From positions 1 through 36,648 of the IMG/VR virus record IMGVR_UViG_3300008255_000261: a stretch of 36,648 bases of DNA; one strand, 5' to 3'. The first letter of the stretch is position 1. Each line of letters starts with the position of its first letter. The notes beneath the pieces are model-generated. The model saw only the letters and a list, made by a program, of their open reading frames with translations, was not told the DNA's origin and did not search any database. Both the position numbers and the translations under genes were made by a program. Positions 33,562 through 36,648 of this stretch are shown here, piece after piece. The DNA comes from a virus (taxonomy: Duplodnaviria > Caudoviricetes).

Positions 33562-36216
33562 ATGGCAAGTTATCTTGACAAAACTCCCACTTTTAATCCT
33601 TATATACAACAACAACCTGTAGAAGACATGGTTAAAGTTGGTATGCAAAAACAACAACAATATAATGAAGGAGTTGAAAAAATACAAAATAATATTAACA
33701 ACATAGCAGGACTGGATGTTATTAGAAATGTAGATAAACAATATCTTCAATCTAAACTTAATAATTTAGGTAATAAATTGAAAACCGTTGCTGCTGGGGA
33801 TTTCTCTAATTTTCAATTAGTAAATTCTGTATCTGGAATGACAAATGAAATTGCTAAAGATAAAAATGTATTAAATGCAGTTTCTTCTACAATGAAATAT
33901 AAAAAAGAAATTTCAAGAATAGAAGAACAAAAAAATAAAGGATTAGTAACTCCAGAAAATTTATATAATTTTCAAAAAAATGCTAATAATTGGTTATCAA
34001 GTGGAGATGTATCACAATCTTTTAATACTTCTTATAAAGATTATTTTGATGTTGAAAAATATTTAAGAGATAATTTTGATAAATTAAAAGAAGATGAGTA
34101 TTCTTATGATGAAGTGTTTACAAAAGATAAAAATGGAAATCTTCAATTAACTCCTTCTATGCAAAGAAGAGAGGCTAAAGGTTTATTTCCAGAAAGAGTT
34201 AAAATAATATTAAATCAATTATTGTCTGATCCAAGAGTAGATCAACAGTTACAAATAAGTGGTGAGTATATTTATAAAAATTATGATGAAAATACTTTAG
34301 CTTCTCAAATGATGTCTTTAAAATCTGAGAGTTTAAAAAATCTAGAGTTAGAAAAAGAAAAACTTTTAATAAAAAAAGCAACTGGTAGTTCTGATGACAT
34401 AAATGAAAAAATAGATGAAATAACTTTACAAATCCAAAAGTCATCAGAATATTATGATAATGCTATAAAATCTTCTTATCAAAATCCTGATGTGATAAGA
34501 GGAATATTACATAAAGGTAACTCTAAAGCTAGTTATTTACATATGTTTTCTTATAAAAATGAAATATCAAAAACATTAAAAAATCCTGAATGGAAAGGTA
34601 GATTTGATATTCAAAAAGAAAATATACGAAATAATCAATGGAATTTAACATATCAATTAAATAAAGAAAAATTGTCTTTAGAAAAACAAAAAGTATTATT
34701 AGAAAAACAAAACAATAATAAAGATGAAAATGATATAAATCCAAATTTATATTTTGTAGATAAACAAGCTAGTGATTTAGATAGAATGACCTATCATAAT
34801 AATGTTCTAAATGATGCTTTATCAAAAGATGAACAATTAACCACTGATATTATATTTGATGCTTTAAACTCTAATGGAGAATTAAATAAATATTTTTCTC
34901 AATTAGGAAAATCAGGAATACAATTATCAGATGCAAAAAAGAGAGAACTAGCCATTAAACAATTTAAAAATTTATCGCAAGAAGAATTTAATGTTTGGAA
35001 AATTTCTAAAGTTAAAGAAATAAATGAAGAATATAATCAAAATAAATCTTCAAATAATTATGTAAGAAATTTTAAATTAGAAGAACAGTTTTCTGCTTAT
35101 AATAAAAATTATCAAAATTTAAAATATATTAAAAGAATAGATGATGAATTAAAACATAAATTTAATGAAGCATTGGTTGAAAGTGGTGCTTTTGAAAAAA
35201 TAAAAGATTTAAAACCTATTAAAATAGATAATAATATTACACTTACACAAGAAGATCAATTATTGATTTCTTTAGCCCAATTAAATAAAAACTGGGGATT
35301 TAGTTCAAAAAAAACTAAAGTTAAAAATGATGTAGCTAAAACAGCAATTAGTAAATTAGAAAATAAATATGGTGCACAAAAAGTAGAATATATATTAAAT
35401 GATTTAAATGGTACTTCTGGGGGAGGAAGGAAAAGAATATCTTCTGATTCTATTTTCTTACTTAGAAAAAATGTAACAGGACTTTTATCAGATGTAAAAT
35501 ATGAAAATATTTTTGATAAACAATTTAATATTATTAATGATGCTTATTCTATAAATTCAAATTTAGCTGTATCATTAGCAAGTGGTAATACAGAAAAAGA
35601 TAAAAACAAACTATCACAACTAAAAGGATTTGTCACTTCTATGGGAAATCAAAATCTTAGTGAAAACTATACTGCTTTTAAAGAAAAAATTTCTTCATCT
35701 GATGCAGATTTATTAAAATTAGGTGTTACAGCTAAAATAAATGGACAAAATCCAGATAAAGTATTATTAGAATTACCTAATAATGGTGGCTCCATGTATA
35801 TAGAAAAAGATATGGCTAAAAATTTAGGAATAAATCCAGATGTTTTATATAAACCTTTTGATGTTTTAAAAATAGAAGAATCATTAAAAGCAGATGGAGC
35901 TACAACTTTTGATATAAATGATGAAAATAATTACACTCATGCTTTAGCAGCAATGACTACAGAAGAATTTGTAAACTTAGGAAGTAATAAAGAATTTGAT
36001 GTGTTTGTACATTTTATAAATACATCATTAGGGCCTAAACCTGTTATTAAAATAACAAAAACAACATATAATTCTAATACAAAAAAATATGAAAAAAGTT
36101 CTATGATGGATAATACATTATCAAGTAAACCTAATGTAGCTTTAGCTAAAAAATCTTTAATTGATATAATTGATCCTAGTTATTTAAATTTATTATTTCA
36201 ACAAAACAATTTATAA
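33562..36216 (+). CDS. putative cargo / ejection protein
   Basis: 884 aa, helical; N-terminal FNPYIQQQP...KVGMQKQQQY; synteny with crAss cargo genes. Confidence 0.55.
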   Translation: MASYLDKTPTFNPYIQQQPVEDMVKVGMQKQQQYNEGVEKIQNNINNIAGLDVIRNVDKQYLQSKLNNLGNKLKTVAAGDFSNFQLVNSVSGMTNEIAKDKNVLNAVSSTMKYKKEISRIEEQKNKGLVTPENLYNFQKNANNWLSSGDVSQSFNTSYKDYFDVEKYLRDNFDKLKEDEYSYDEVFTKDKNGNLQLTPSMQRREAKGLFPERVKIILNQLLSDPRVDQQLQISGEYIYKNYDENTLASQMMSLKSESLKNLELEKEKLLIKKATGSSDDINEKIDEITLQIQKSSEYYDNAIKSSYQNPDVIRGILHKGNSKASYLHMFSYKNEISKTLKNPEWKGRFDIQKENIRNNQWNLTYQLNKEKLSLEKQKVLLEKQNNNKDENDINPNLYFVDKQASDLDRMTYHNNVLNDALSKDEQLTTDIIFDALNSNGELNKYFSQLGKSGIQLSDAKKRELAIKQFKNLSQEEFNVWKISKVKEINEEYNQNKSSNNYVRNFKLEEQFSAYNKNYQNLKYIKRIDDELKHKFNEALVESGAFEKIKDLKPIKIDNNITLTQEDQLLISLAQLNKNWGFSSKKTKVKNDVAKTAISKLENKYGAQKVEYILNDLNGTSGGGRKRISSDSIFLLRKNVTGLLSDVKYENIFDKQFNIINDAYSINSNLAVSLASGNTEKDKNKLSQLKGFVTSMGNQNLSENYTAFKEKISSSDADLLKLGVTAKINGQNPDKVLLELPNNGGSMYIEKDMAKNLGINPDVLYKPFDVLKIEESLKADGATTFDINDENNYTHALAAMTTEEFVNLGSNKEFDVFVHFINTSLGPKPVIKITKTTYNSNTKKYEKSSMMDNTLSSKPNVALAKKSLIDIIDPSYLNLLFQQNNL

Positions 36217-36648
36217 TGGAACAAAATAATATTCCAACCACTACAATAGATACCACTATAAAACCATTGGTTAAATCTCTTGCTGAAAAATATAATGAAA
36301 CAAATTCTACAATACCATTATATGCTCCTTCACATGATTTAAAAGATGTTTATTATGGAGATAGATATAAACAAGGTACTTTTGTTGGTAGTGATTATGA
36401 AGAAATGTATGCACAACAACAATCTGAATGGGAAAAAGCTTTAAATGGAACATTAAAAGGTGTGAATCTAGCAGGAACAACAATTCTAGGAGGATTTGCC
36501 TCTGTTGGAGGAGCTATTTTAGCAATAGGTACAGGGGAATTCTCTAAAATATGGGATAATGCTGCAATGCGAGCTATTGATGATTGGAATAAAAAAGTGG
36601 ACAATGAATATTTACCAAATTATTATACAAAAAAAGAAACAAATTCTG
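36216..36648 (+). CDS. N-terminus of a probably large virion cargo protein (truncated by the window edge)
   Basis: TAATG overlap; open to the window end: MEQNNIP...AQQQSEWEKALNGTLKGVNLAGTTILGGFASVGGAILAIG...; absent from the ORF track. Confidence 0.75.
   Translation, partial: MEQNNIPTTTIDTTIKPLVKSLAEKYNETNSTIPLYAPSHDLKDVYYGDRYKQGTFVGSDYEEMYAQQQSEWEKALNGTLKGVNLAGTTILGGFASVGGAILAIGTGEFSKIWDNAAMRAIDDWNKKVDNEYLPNYYTKKETNS

Noticed and set aside
3345-36604. Short antisense or out-of-frame ORFs in the track (e.g. 3345-3650, 4946-5149, 7810-8121, 9205-9486, 14549-14731, 27173-27478, 36395-36604)
   Set aside because: Shadow ORFs overlapping well-supported plus-strand genes
2501-36648. Stop-codon reassignment as known in some crAss-like phages
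   Set aside because: Genes are full length and tightly packed under code 11; no suppressor tRNA in the window

Overview
Very AT-rich phage DNA in the standard genetic code, with the gene content and order of a crAss-like (Crassvirales-type) podovirus. TTTG-N19-21-TAnnTTTG promoters point to a Bacteroidota host. A short leftward cluster of small genes (1-2137) diverges from a long rightward block: RepL-like wHTH, HU/IHF-like, Zn-finger, terminase large subunit, portal, scaffold-like protein, major capsid protein, an initiator-type tRNA-Met, ring/auxiliary capsid/fibre genes, a metallophosphoesterase, a second IHF-like gene, a tail ring protein, a muzzle/stabilisation protein split into two ORFs, and cargo (ejection) proteins. 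The most striking item is a 712-bp antisense unit (22041-22752) with the architecture of an integron gene cassette: a single ORF, a 130-bp attC-like hairpin and matching core sites. It appears to sit inside a resident, degenerate attC-like hairpin of the phage, and no integrase is present in the window. Also notable: a modular virion-decoration kit (a 'GPF' domain x3, poly-Thr linkers, a Cys-bounded domain x3) that has split the muzzle gene, an unannotated 29-aa six-cysteine micro-protein, recurring short Gly-ended motifs in cargo proteins, and two candidate structured RNAs. All product calls come from motif recognition and synteny by eye; no searches were run.
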